From NCBI GenBank assembly GCA_951406725.2, contig OX597826.1, positions 32,550,001-32,614,000 on the forward strand: a DNA stretch of 64,000 nucleotides, given 5' to 3'. The position numbers and the translations under genes are program-made. The stretch comes from Octopus vulgaris. Taxonomy: Eukaryota. Under the pieces are notes generated by a model. The model was not told where the DNA came from. It searched no databases and saw only the letters and a list, made by a program, of their open reading frames with translations. Below, piece after piece: positions 39,896-53,538 of this stretch (the first letter of the stretch is position 1; the number at the start of each line of letters is the position of its first letter).

Positions 39896-40103
39896 CCTTC
39901 TGATAATGTAAAAATGAACGAAAAGTTGCTAAGCATTTTGTCCAATGTGCTAACCATTCTGTCAGCTTCCTGCCTTAACAACAATAATTATAATCGCAAT
40001 AATAGAGCTTGGTACAGCTCCTGACTTTTCCAGATCCTGTCAAACTGTCCAACCCAAGCCAGCAAAGGAAATGGACATGAAATGAATAATAATAATAATA
40101 ATG

Positions 40104-40166
<63 letters not shown>

Positions 40167-40670
40167 GATTCAGTGTGACCATGAGATAGAGAATAGGAAG
40201 CCAAACATAGTATTAATTGAGAAAGAAAACAAACTATGCTGGATCATAGATATAGCATATCCAGCTGACAACAAGGTATGTGATAAGGAAGAAAGAAAAG
40301 TCGATACATATGACAAGTTAGCTTGGGAGGTTAAGCAGTTGTGGTCGATGAAAAATGTGGTGCCCTAGGAATGATAGCAAAAAGGGCTGATTCCTACCCA
40401 GCTCAGATACCAGAAAACCCCAAAATGGCAGAAATTCAAAAGATAGTACTCATGGGAACTGCCCATATCCTACACAAAATACTGTCTATGTAAAACAAAC
40501 TTATAATTTTCTTATGGTTTCTTAAACATTCTCTTGAACAATGCTGTGTACAAAACCAAATATATGGCACCCTAGGCATAACACCAACATGAATTTCTAA
40601 CTTGTTGTCTCTTGAGGTCTCTGGATGAAACTTGGAGGCAACTTGCACAAAATCAAAGCAAAAGTCAAAC

Positions 40671-40675
<5 letters not shown>
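40167..40675 (+). mobile_element. R4/Dong-clade (restriction-like endonuclease) retrotransposon 3' fragments in (AAT)n
   Basis: CDHEIENRKPNIVLIEKENKLCWIIDIAYPADNKVCDKEERKVDTYDKLAWEVKQLW (PD..D REL motif), then GALGMI..EIQKIVLMGTAHILHKIL*, 3' UTR and (TAA)n tail. Confidence 0.8.
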
Positions 40676-40718
<43 letters not shown>

Positions 40719-40719
40719 G

Positions 40720-41261
40720 TACCAGGCAGTGGTTCTCATGGCTTCTGATCTTAACTGACTGGAAGTGTTATCATGTACATTGTTTTGTCTTGGTATAAAA
40801 GATGGGCTACAGCAAATATTCTGCTCAATACCACAGATTTGCTTGTCAGTTGCTTGATGTTAACCAGTTGAGCATGTCCCTTAGTGGCTGATGATATGTG
40901 CATCTCTGATCATGAGCAGAAGTAGTGGGGGAGTATCATAGCCGTGTGTTGAGAGGGATTCTTTGGGGTTTGAATAATTCACCTCTGGAAACATAGGTGT
41001 TTTGTTCAACATCCTTAAGCAACCCTTACTCAGGGACCTTTTGAGCAGGATGGGTTACTCGACCAGAAGAAAATTCTAACTGGGCCCCACCTACAAGGTC
41101 ATGTGCTGTTTATCTTGATATGAGATCATCATGTTGCGCACATATGGTTGTGATGCATGTGCCTGGTGTACTCTTATCAGACGGGTAGTCATGATGGGTA
41201 TACTGGGTTTCGTATATTTTACCCCAGTGTCACTTTGATGGCATGCACTGCTCTCTCACTC
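40720..41261 (+). mobile_element. ~540-bp non-coding element embedded in (AAT)n (second copy 53539-54030)
   Basis: taccaggcagtgg...gcactgctctctcactc-(aat)n; collinear inverted copy at 53539-54030. Confidence 0.8.
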
Positions 41262-41282
41262 AATAATAATAATAATAATAAT

Positions 41283-41492
41283 CCTTTCTACTGTAGACAC
41301 AAGAGCTGAAATTTGGGGCAAAGGATTAAGTCGATTACATCGACCCCAGTGTGTAACTGGTACTTATTTAATTGACCCCAAAATTATGAAAGGCAAAGTC
41401 GACCTTGTAATTTGAACTCAGAATGGAGCGACAGACGAAATACAGCTAAGCAATTCAACTGGTGTGCTAACAATTCTGCCAGCTCGATGCCT
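41283..41492 (-). mobile_element. Family A SINE
   Basis: Consensus match. Confidence 0.8.
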
Positions 41493-41506
41493 TAGTAGTA
41501 GTAGTA

Positions 41507-41562
<56 letters not shown>

Positions 41563-41966
41563 TTTTGATAATAATCTTTTTGTAGAAATAGGAGGAATGA
41601 ATGTGAATTACTAAAGCTATTTTGAGAAATTTATCTGAAAGTCAAAACATACGACTAAAAAATATGAAAAATAACCAAAAATAACCTAAAACTAAACAAA
41701 TCCAGTTTCATAGACTGTATTTCTTATTTTCTTATCATTTGTCAAATTCAAAATCAGATTCCTTTAAATTAGTCCATCAGTCTGAATGTCAGCAGGTCTG
41801 TAGGAATATGAAATCTGTGGGACAAAAATAAAATATATGAAACTATGAGGGATATAAACATACTAAGCTTAGAAGGAGGCACTTCAATACATAGAATTTA
41901 TGGACACACAAATCTATTTTCTGTTGTAATCTGATCTTTAATCATCTATAGAAAATAGATATTTTG

Positions 41967-42008
<42 letters not shown>

Positions 42009-42051
42009 GATATACATATAGATATACATATAGATATATATATAGATATAC

Positions 42052-42108
<57 letters not shown>

Positions 42109-42214
42109 CATATATATGTACTTCAAAATGGATGTGTGATGTTCGATCACATAATAATATAAATAATACATAAACGTATGCATATATACGTATGTACCTA
42201 CATATATATGTATA

Positions 42215-42410
42215 TATAACGGGAAGCTTTATGAAAATAAACAAAAGACGAAGGCAGGTGGAATACAAACAAACAATTGTATTAGTATGGTGCTCAGGAA
42301 TATAAATAAAACAAGTCTTTTACGTTTCGAGCCTACGCTCTTTAACAGAAAGATACACAGAAAAGAAACAAGGAGAGAAAAAAATGCGTGCAGGAGCTAG
42401 CGAATCAACA
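42215..42410 (-). mobile_element. ~200-bp retrozyme-like repeat with variant hammerhead (family also at 47965-48150 and 57450-57650)
   Basis: TCTTT-CTGTTAA-A-GAGC-GTAG-GCTC-GAAA-CG-TA-AAAGA at 42316-42353. Confidence 0.65.
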
Positions 42411-43170
42411 TACATGCATATATGCATACAGGACATAAAAAAAAATGTGAACAAAATAAGAAATGAGAACATAAAAAGCAAAACCAGAAAACAAACTTTT
42501 TTCGAACAATGAAAGAAATATATAGAGAAAAGAGACAGGCCATATAAAGAACATTACCTTCATCAGTTGTCCCCTGTTTTATCTCCTCTGTGTTTCGAAA
42601 GTAGAGAAAAGACGTGACTTCATTAAAACAGTCCTTCCTGCAAAGCAAGTTAAATCAAATTGGGAATTTTTTGCGGGGGGTGAAAGTGATAACAAGAAGA
42701 GGACAGTGAGAACAAAACAGTAAAAACATGTATTCATATATAGACATATATGCATGAGTGTATATGCATGTATGTATGTATGTATGTATATATGTATATA
42801 TGCATGCATTGGTTTCATCTTATAGCACAAGGCCAGCTATTTTAGGGCAAAGGTAAGTCAATTACATTGACCGTACTATTTAACTGGTGCTTATATTGAT
42901 CCCAAAGGATTGAAAGTCAAAGTCCACCTCAGCAGAATTTGGACTCAGAGCATGATGACAGATGAAATTTCTCCTAAGCATTTTGCTTGGAGGGCCACAT
43001 CCTGACCACTAGGCCACATACCGTCACCATACACACACACACATATGTGTGTGCATGTGTGTGTGTGTGTGTGAGTACGTGTGTGTGTTTGTGTGTCTGT
43101 GCTTGTCCCTCCACCACTGCTTGAGAACCAGTGCTGGTGTATTTAGGTCCCTGGATGGGTGATGATGATG

Positions 43171-43208
<38 letters not shown>

Positions 43209-43805
43209 GATCATGATGATGATGATGATAAGGATGATATATAAATTATTTCAAGCTAATTTCTAACTCATTCTTCTACTTATTGAAAAATTTTAATCCC
43301 CGCTTTTTTATGAAATTGATCTGGTAATCTGGCCTTTTTCTTGTATCTACAATTAAAAACTGTTTTCTTTTCTTCCTCTTTGAAAAATATTGATGCAAGG
43401 AATTTAATTCGGGACCAAATGACAATAGATTATTCTTCATAAGTTTTTGTCACCATTCAGTGGGAATCAACAAATGTTTGAATCCAAATCCGTTTCAATT
43501 TTAATTCTAATTCTTTTATTGTTTTTCTCCTTTCATCATCACTAACACTACCACAACCACCACCACCACAATCACCACCATCATCATCATCATCATCAAT
43601 ATCATCAAACATTTGCTTTCCAAGCTGGCATCTGAATTCATGTACATGTATATGTGGATGCATATGTGTGTGTAGGTGTGTGTGCATGTGTATTTAGATA
43701 TATGGCTGTATGTATATGTATTTAGATCAACAGATGTATGTGCATGAATCTAGATCAGTATGTATGTATATGGATGTACATATATTTGCACAACAACTAA
43801 AGCAA

Positions 43806-43878
43806 TACAGTTCTCTATTTAAGAGATGCGGAATTATGTACATTATTTACATTCTGAGTTCGATTCCAGGCAGTGACT

Positions 43879-43921
<43 letters not shown>

Positions 43922-44432
43922 TCTGTTGTGTCTGGGGAGAGTCATTTTCTTTTTGTGCTTTATAATTTAACACACTTACCGGTAAAATTTCCACTTATTT
44001 CTTTTTTATTTTCTAAAATTTACGTTGCATCTTGCAATCTTTTCAATAGTCTTGCCTCTTGAAAAGGTTGCAAGATGCAACGAAAATGTTGGGAAAATAA
44101 AAATAAGAAATAAGTGGAAATTTTACCAGTGTGTATGTTAAATTATAAGGCACAAAAGGAAAATGACTCTCCCCAGACACAACAGAATATGCTTCAACAC
44201 ACAAACTCACATAAAGAATCTTGCAAAACAATTCCAAAAACGAAAAAAAATAATAACATCGAAAAATACCTCAGGAATGAGAACCCATGTTCGAAATCTC
44301 CCCAAGACATCTGATGAAGGCTGGAGGGTATATCAGCTGAAACATTGTGTTAACAACAAACAAGATGAGGACAAATATCCATTGAATGTAAATAATGTAC
44401 ATAATTCATCATCTCTTAAATATAGAACTGTA
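43806..44432. repeat. Nested double inverted repeat (outer 43806-43854/44384-44432; inner 43922-44046/44059-44186) with hammerhead motifs
   Basis: Both arm pairs verified by eye. HHR GACAT-CTGATGA-A-GGCTG...CAGCT-GAAA-CA-TT-GTGTT at 44306-44351. Confidence 0.8.
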
Positions 44433-44804
44433 ATACAACTCATGGGTTGGACAGTTTGAGAGGAGCCAATGTGCCAGAGGAGTGTGCCAAGCTCTTCTGT
44501 TGCTTTTAGTATTATTTCTTATGGCTGGATGCCCTTTCTAATGCCAAAGCTACTTTACGGTGTGTACTGGGTGCTTTTTATGTGACACCAGTAGCAGCAA
44601 AGTCACCTAATAGCTTGCAAGACAAGACCCCTCCACTGACAGGGAAATCAAGGGAGTGGCTTTTGTGCCAAGTGATGAGTGGTTTGCATATATTTGCATC
44701 CTTATGAAAGATAGTAATGTTAGTTTTTTAGCTCTTTCCGCTTTTCTAACCAGTTGTTGCTTTGACTGTAATTTTCTTTCCAACCATTTAATTAAATTTA
44801 TGCT

Positions 44805-45180
44805 CGGCTGTGTGGTAAGGAGCTTTTAGGTTCAGTCCCATTGCATGGCACCTTGGGCAAATATTTTATACTATAGCCTCAGGCCAACCAAAGCCTTATG
44901 AGTGGATTTGGTAGATGGAAACTGGAAGAAGTCCGTCGTATGTATATATATATATATATATATACATATGTATTTGTCTGTGTTTGTCCCCACCACCATT
45001 GCTTGGCAACCAATGTTGGTGTGTTTATGTCCCCATATCTTAGCAAAAGAGATTGATAGAATAAGTACTAGGTTTACAAAGAATAAGTCCTGGGGTCAAT
45101 TTTTTCAACTAAAGCCCTTTTAAGTGGTACTCTAGCATGGCCACAGTCAGTTGATTGAAATAAGTAAAAGACTAAAAGTA
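44805..45180 (+). mobile_element. CORE-type SINE (family B)
   Basis: Consensus match. Confidence 0.8.
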
Positions 45181-45604
45181 CAAAAAATGTTTAACTCTGT
45201 CTAATTATAAGTCAATTTTACAATTAATTATTTTTATATAATTATTCAAAAATCAGTTTTAAAAATCAGAAAGAAATAATATTTTAGGGTAATTTTACAG
45301 TTAGGATATTCAAACTCTATATACAAATATTTATTTATCAGGGTTTTTTTTTAGCCTTATCTAGATCTGCAAGATTATTTATCTCATTAATGAATTCTAA
45401 ATTTACATATAAATATATTCAATTTTCTCCCTCATTACCATAAATATATCATTCCAAATTTACGATCTTAATCTTCTGATTTATTACTGATAATTTGGTT
45501 AATTAAACTTCAGAGATTTTGTTTTCTCATTTTTCTTAAAGATGTTATGGCCATGATGAAATTCTACCTGACTCAGAAACATAAAGAAAATACATGACAA
45601 ACAT

Positions 45605-45963
45605 TTGCTATCAGTTTCTTTTGCTGAACCACTAAGTTACAGCGATGTAAACACACCAACACCAGTTGTCAAGTGGTGGTATGGGACAAACACAAAGATA
45701 AAGACATACTTACACACACATGCCTATCATATATCTTTTCTTTACTTGCTTCAGTCATTGGAAAGCAGCCATGCTAGGGCACCGCCTTGAAAGGCTTTTG
45801 TTGAATGAATCAATCCCAGGACTTATTCATTGTAAGCCTAGTACTTATTCTATCAGTCTCTTTGCCAAACCACTAAGTTACAGGGACGTAAACACACCAC
45901 CATCAGTTGCCAAGCTATGTTGGGGGGACAAACACAGACACACAAACATATACACACACATGC

Positions 45964-46006
<43 letters not shown>

Positions 46007-46175
46007 CATATATACGATGGGCTTCTTTCAGTTTCCGTCTACCAAATCCACTTACAAAGCTTTGGTTGGCCTGAGGCTATACTAGAAGACACTTGCCCAA
46101 GATTCCATGCTGTGGGACTGAACCCAGAACCATGTGGTTGGTAAGCAATCTACTTACCACACAGCTACTCCTATA
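45605..46175 (-). mobile_element. CORE-type SINE (family B), one full plus one partial copy
   Basis: Consensus match. Confidence 0.8.
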
Positions 46176-46329
46176 CCTGTCTACTATATCTCCTGATGAA
46201 TCTTCGGTTGACCTCATGCAACCTGCATCCTTACAAGGCATGAAAAACAGAGCACCACTGAACTGAAAGAATGGGTGAGCAAGGAAACCAAAGTACACAA
46301 GAAGGACAACTGATTTGATGTGAACATGT

Positions 46330-46720
46330 CATCATCGTCATTATCATCATCATCGTTTAACGTCCGTTTTCCTTGCTGGCGTGGGTTGGGCAGTTTGACT
46401 GAGGTCTGGAGAGCCAGTGGCTGCACCGGGCTCCAATCCAATCTGGCAATGGTTCTACAGCTGGATGCCCTTCCTAACATCAACCACTCTGAGAGTGTAG
46501 TGGGTGCTTTTTACGTGCCACTGGTGCAAGCGCCAGTCAGGTGGGCCTGACATAGATCATGTTCAGATAATGCTTTTTACGTGCTATCGGCATGGGATCC
46601 AGTCATGGGGTACTGGCATTGGCCATGTTTAGATGGTACTTTTTATATGCCACTGGTACAAGAGCTAGTCAGGCAGGCCTGGCATCGGCCACGTTTGGGT
46701 GATGTATTTTATGTCCTTAC
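46330..46720 (-). mobile_element. RTE-tail SINE with subrepeats
   Basis: Homologous to 30723-31212. Confidence 0.7.
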
Positions 46721-47425
46721 CCATCAGCCAAGCATAAATATGTGGTATTTTGTCTGCTGCATGCATTCAGGTATGGTCTCAGATTGGAGAGAACTGTTCC
46801 TCCTTTCTTCCATAATTCTCAGAAGCCTTGCTAAGCATCATGGGTCTTGCATTCTCTCCTGACTAAACAGCAACTTCATTAGACCTCTTTCTCGCTATAA
46901 ACTTTTTTACTTTCTACCACTACTCTTCTTTTCCTCCCTCACACTTCTCTCACACTACTTGTACCCCCCATCACTGAACTATCTCCCATTTCCCTTTCCT
47001 TTAACATCATCCTCTCCAACACATTTATCACTCCTTTTGCTTCCTCTATTCCTCTTCATGGTAATGCTGTCTCCATCTTCTTGAATCTCACACAAAGAAT
47101 TAAGTGCCAAAACACCAGTAAATTCTGCCCCCTTTGCAATAAATCAAATAATCCAACCTCATCTGCAGACTCCTCTATGGATTAATTCCTGTTGATGCAA
47201 ACACACGCAGTAAATTTCTCTGCATTCCAGATATCACCTGACACCATTTGGAAAACTTTTAGTTCGTTGGAATGCCATTTCTTTAACAAGTTGACAATCT
47301 CAATAAATAATAAATAAATTAAAGGTAGACTTTATCTACATTACACCATTTTGGTTTATAAGAATATTAATAAGTAAACGTGTAGCAGTATATAACTCTG
47401 TCAACTCACTTTCTTCCTCTCTCTT

Positions 47426-47464
<39 letters not shown>

Positions 47465-47546
47465 TATGTGTGTGTGTGTGTATATATATTCATATATATG
47501 CATAGATATATATACACATATCTACATTTATATACATAAGTATATG

Positions 47547-47618
<72 letters not shown>

Positions 47619-47724
47619 TTATTTGGAAGACTATGTGTGGCGTTCAATCATATAATGATATAAATAATACATACAGATATATATATATGCATATATACAT
47701 ACGTATATGTACATACATCGATTC

Positions 47725-47760
<36 letters not shown>

Positions 47761-47964
47761 GTGGGCACAGGATATCACGAAACGTGTACAACTAAAAAGT
47801 ACGAAGCATGAGTATATGGTACATGAACTATTCCTTCAAACAACGAAAGGCACAAATGGAAAATAAAACAAACAACATAAATAACGACCCTTCATCAGTT
47901 GTTGGCTGTTTTTCTAGTCTCGTATTTCGAGCATTTAACATATATATATATGTATATATATATA

Positions 47965-48150
47965 GTTGAAATTTATAGAAAAACAAAGGACAAAGACCGG
48001 TGTATGGACAGCAAGCAGGTTTATTAGTTTGATGCTCAAGGAAAATGAAAATGTCTTTTATGTTTCGAACCCATGCTCTTCAACAGAAGGGAATATAGGA
48101 AAATAAACAGAGAGAGAATGAAAACAACTTGTAGATTTCAGCAGTCCATG
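47965..48150 (-). mobile_element. Retrozyme-like repeat with variant hammerhead
   Basis: CCTT-CTGTTGA-A-GAGC-ATGG-GTTC-GAAA-CA-TA-AAAG at 48054-48091. Confidence 0.6.
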
Positions 48151-48216
48151 CACATACACATGTGTGTGTGTGTGTGTGTGTGTGTGGGTGTGTGTGTGTG
48201 TAGTATGAATATGTAA

Positions 48217-48263
<47 letters not shown>

Positions 48264-49105
48264 TATTGAATTTTTTGCTACCCTTACATTGATAAATATA
48301 TATATATATATATATATATACATACATAATACATATATACACACACACATATATATGCCTATGCATACATATGTATGATGATGATGACGGTGATGATGAT
48401 GGTGATGATGATGATGATGGTGATGATGATGGTGGTGGTGATGATGATAATGATGATGATGATGGTAGTAAGTGCGTTTGTGTCGGAAATAGTGACAGTT
48501 TCAGTCATGAATTTTCTAATCAGAAATCCCTGACTCTGGTGCAAAGTCTGGGTGTTGAATTCAAAATAACTCGTTTCTACTTCCATTTTCCTTTTTCCTC
48601 TTTCCTTTTTCCTTTTCTTTCCGTCCCTTCCCTCCTCCCCTTAATTTTCTATCATTTTTCTTCTTTTCTATCTTTCTTCTCTTTGGTGCATGGCATGGCA
48701 TGGTTGACATTTATCAATTTTTAAAGTAAAAGCAAAAAAAAAACCAAAAAAGAATATTATCAATAATAATGTAGAATACTGACTGGTGGAAGAGTTGAGG
48801 GTGGGGGTAGGGGGCGCATGGAACAACAATAGAACAGGGGGTGGATGGGTGGGTGGGGTGTGAGATGGAGGAGTAGCAGAAAGAGGTCAAACGATCCCAG
48901 GTGACTGATGGAGCACTTTATACTAGGTAAGAGGTGTGTGCATGTGTGTGTGTGTGTGTATGCGCACGCGCATATATATATATATATTGGTGTAGGGGTA
49001 GGGTGGTTCAAGGGACAAAGCAGCGACAGTATCATTCTTATTGTATTAATACATTGATATGACTAAGCAGACAGAAACAAGAAATTGTCATTCGTTTTGT
49101 GTGTG

Positions 49106-49158
<53 letters not shown>

Positions 49159-49208
49159 CACATATATATATGTATATTTATATATGTATATATACATATA
49201 CATATATA

Positions 49209-49243
<35 letters not shown>

Positions 49244-49274
49244 ATACATATATATATACATATATATATACATA

Positions 49275-49389
<115 letters not shown>

Positions 49390-49739
49390 TATACATATAT
49401 ATAAAAATTAGAAAAATCACACATATATATATATATTCAGTAAGCAATTATTAAAGGATCTATATCAAGTTACCATGGTTATTATCAATGACGTAAAGTC
49501 AATTGATTCAGAGTCCCCAGGGTGGGGAGAGGTATGTAGCATTTAGCGGAATAATAATAATCGTTTCTAATCTTGGCACAACTCCAGGAATGTCAAGGGC
49601 TGGGAAGTCCTTTAATTCAACAAAGTCCAGAAAGGATGAAAGGCATTGTAGGATTTGAACTAAGATTGCAAAGAGTCAGTAGGAAGAAAATTTCATTGGA
49701 ACTGGTGTAAAGAAGAGATCAGGTACCCCTCCCTGGGCT

Positions 49740-49935
49740 TAACTTGGAAGAGTGAAAAACTGGGAGCTGAAGATCCACCTGGGGAAGCGGCCAAAGTTTT
49801 CAGAAACTGTCATCTCAAAATCACTAAGATTGATTATGGTGCTGCTCTCAGAAGTATCAAAGCAGGTGGTTCTGTTAGAACATACCATTCACTGAAAGGA
49901 CCACGTTTAGGATGCAAAGCTGAGCAACAAAGGGA
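49740..49935 (+). mobile_element. HERO/NeSL-like REL endonuclease fragment
   Basis: NWELKIHLGKRPKFSETVISKSLRLIMVLLSEVSKQVVLLEHTIH (~DW.L.VDLG..L.FP..I..TSLRPDIVL.S..SKQV.LLELTVPWE). Confidence 0.6.
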
Positions 49936-50194
49936 AACAAGCTTGTTTCCCAACCAAATTGTTCTGGGTTTACTTCCACTGCATGGCACCTTCAAATGAC
50001 CAAAGCCTTGTGAGTGGATGTGGCAGATGGAAACTGAAAGAGGCCCATCGTATATATATATATATATATATACGAGACCAACAAAATAAGACTAGGCTTA
50101 CAAAGAATAAGTCCTGGGGTCGATTTGCTTAAGTAAAGGCCATGCTCCAGCATGGCCACAGCCAAATGACTGAAACAAATAAAAGAATAAAAGA

Positions 50195-50294
<100 letters not shown>

Positions 50295-50392
50295 GCACAC
50301 ATACAGAAGCATATACATACATATGTATATATATGTATCTTAAAGAAGATTGATGTGTAAGGCTGAAACAATGTGAGAGCGTACAAAGTAAA

Positions 50393-50632
50393 CTACAAAA
50401 TGTAAAAGAAAACAGAACAAAGTTGCAGTTTTACCTTGTGTTTCTATATTTTGGGATGAAAAGCCCTTCTTCAGAACATTTGGAAAAAGCAGTGGCAGGA
50501 AAGCTAATTCCATCCAACCTTTTCCAACTACTGTTTTTCCAAATGTCCTTAAGAAGGGGTTTTCACCCCGAAATATATACACACAAGGTAAAACTGCAAC
50601 TTGGTTCTGTTTTTTTTTTTTTACCTTTGTAG
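50393..50632. mobile_element. PLE-type inverted pair with hammerhead motifs
   Basis: Arms 50393-50495 and 50528-50632. Left (minus) CTGAAGA-A-GGG...CCC-AAAA; right CTTAAGA-A-GGGG-TTTTCA-CCCC-GAAA-TATA-TA. Confidence 0.7.
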
Positions 50633-51066
50633 CTTCTCCTTTATACCTACATGCACCTTCTTTGAAGTTATATTTCACAATGCTTCACCAAAACTTCCTC
50701 ATATATATATATATATACTGTTTACACTTTACTCTTTTACTTGTTTCAGTCATTTGACTGTGGCCCTGCTGGAGCACCGCCTTTAGTTGAGCAAATCGAC
50801 TCCAGGATTTATTCTTTATAAGCCTTGTACTTATTCTATAAGTCTCTTTTGTCGAACTGCTAAATTATAGGGATGTAAACACACCAGCATCAGTCGTCAA
50901 GCGATGTTGTGGGGACAAACACAGACACACAAACATATACACATATATATGATGGGCTTTTTTCAGTTTCCATCTATCAAATCCACTCACAAGGCTTTGG
51001 TTGGCCAGAAACTATAGTGGAAGACACTTGCCAAGGTGCCATATATATATGTATGTTTACACACAC

Positions 51067-51102
<36 letters not shown>

Positions 51103-52371
51103 GTTTCCATGTCTTGGCATTTTGCAGTAGCTGTAAGCAAGCAGCTCCACTGTCATACAAGTGGTGCTTTTCATTTTCAATCTTCGAAGAGAAACATGTC
51201 TGACTTGGGGCAAATATTGCCTTGTTTGTAAACAGGTGAAGATTGGCAACAGGAAGGGCACGCAGCCATGAAAAGAAAAATCTGCTTCAACAAATTCTGT
51301 CTGACCCAATGCAAACTTACAAAAGCTGATGTGAAAATGATGATGATGATGATGATGACGATGATGATTAACTCTATCGTCTTTTAGCTGTTATCTTCAA
51401 AATTAGTTTAATTAGCTGGATATTTGATGTAGATCAAGTAGAAAGGAGTAATTAAAAATATCAATGCTTTTTAGAAAATTCTTTATAATTGATCAACTAA
51501 TCAATTTTCGCATATTTGCTTTTCTTATGAAACTACTTCTCATTGTAGAATCAATCCAAAATCTTCAAAAGCTTAAAATTTGGAAAACATTTTGATGCAG
51601 AGAATCTAAATATTGATGGGAATAATAAGTTAGAAAACAAGTCAAACAGGATTGAGGAAATTGCTGTAGAGAGAATAAATGAAAAAATGTCTTAAAGTGG
51701 CAAATGAGGAACCAACCAACATTCTAACTACAGAGCAAGATAGAAGTTTTTGGTATATTCTACATAACAGTTTTGTTACTAAAACACAAAAGAACCTTAA
51801 TGAATTGTTGTCTTTATTGTTTTTTCTTTAATAAACAAAACATCTCATTGTATATATAACAATTAAGGCGGGAAAAATATACAGAATGGGTGAATAAAGA
51901 TGATTAAAAAATGTAACTGTATTTAAAAAGTCTGCATGTAAAATCTATATTATAAATGATCAAGTCATGTGTCCCTTTGTTTGCTGCTTTCTCTCCTACG
52001 CTCATGTGATATGAAAGTGGAATGGGAAAGCAGTGCCTGTGCTGAAAAAGGTGGTTGGAAGAGAGCAAGATATAACTTTAACCATCCTACTGGCTTCTTT
52101 CAGTTTCCATCAACCAAATCCACTCACAAAGCTTTGGTTGGCCAGATGCTATAGCAAAGAAGAAACTTGGCCAAGTTGCCATGCAGTGGGACTGAACCCG
52201 GAACCATGTGGTTGGTAAGCAAACTACTTACACACAGCCACTCCTGTGCCTATAATATATATTATATATATACATATATGTATAATAAATCTCTGAGCGA
52301 GGTATACACAGTAGCTGCATTACATCGTGAAGTATATTTGCCACTTAAATGTGGCTGACCCTTGCAGCTTC

Positions 52372-52422
52372 TGTATATACTGATGATGGGTCAATACTCA
52401 GAAACCTGGGTCCGTGTGTATC
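52372..52422 (+). ncRNA. Minimal hammerhead motif between 27-bp perfect inverted repeats
   Basis: CTGATGA-TGGGT-CAAT-ACTCA-GAAA-CC-TG-G-GTC; inverted repeats at 52337-52363 and 52549-52575. Confidence 0.65.
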
Positions 52423-52949
52423 ATGTCAAGTTGAAGATGGGAAGGATGACTTTCCTTTGCAAATACTGATAGGGCACAGAAAGTGTGTTAATAGCCAGCT
52501 GGAGGAGGTGTCTTCCTAGGGCTACAAGCTACAGTAGCATCAACCCTTAAGGGTCAGCCACATTTAAGTGGCAAAGATATATTTAAACATATATACATAT
52601 ACATATATATATATCTTACACCAATTGAATGTAAAGCATTGCATGATTTCCTATTTATAGACGATGAGGAGGAGAAAAATGGTTCTCAGACTGACCATCA
52701 GAAGTACTGTCCTTCTAACTTACCTCCCCTTCCACCTCCTCCTCTCCTTCCACCTCCTCCTCCTCCCCTTCTCCTCTTCCCTCCTCCTCCTCATCATTAT
52801 AACTGCTACTGCTGCTGCTGCTGCTACTACTACTACTACTACTACTGCTGCTGCTGCTACTAATGATGATGATGATGATGATGCTACTACTGCTGCAACT
52901 AATGAGGATGATGATGATGCTACTACTACTGCTGCTGCTGCTGCTATTA

Positions 52950-52985
<36 letters not shown>

Positions 52986-53321
52986 ATGATGATGATGCTA
53001 TGGCTGCTGCTGCTGCAGCTTTAAAGTTCTTAACTACAAACATTCAGTGTATGGAAACACAAGAATAAAAATCAATGTTTTAATTACAACATTATTCAGT
53101 GTTTGGCTTTTATTTGCAAATAGCATTTTATGTTTCGCCAGCGATTACTTCCTGTGGCCGCATATTTATTTCTTGCTTATCATCAACACTGCTGAGAGGA
53201 AACACAAGGAGAACCAGTTGTGTGTAACAAACATTACTAATGGATTTTCCACACTAATTTATGGGACACCAACATATTTTTCTTACTGTTTTTCATATGT
53301 CTACTACTATTATTATCATTA

Positions 53322-53352
<31 letters not shown>

Positions 53353-53538
53353 TATTATTATTAATATCATCATTAACATTATCATTATCATCATAATCAA
53401 CATTGTCATCATCATTGTCATAAGCATCATCATCGTCATCATCGTCGTTATCATCATTGCCGTCATCATTATCATCATCATCATCATTATCATTATCATC
53501 ATCATCATTATTATTATTATCATTATTATTATTATTAC

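Noticed and set aside
46190-46225. CTGATGA hits at 46193, 9002 and 54335, and CTGAAGA at 18961
   Set aside because: No stem II plus GAAA plus UH geometry; chance matches.
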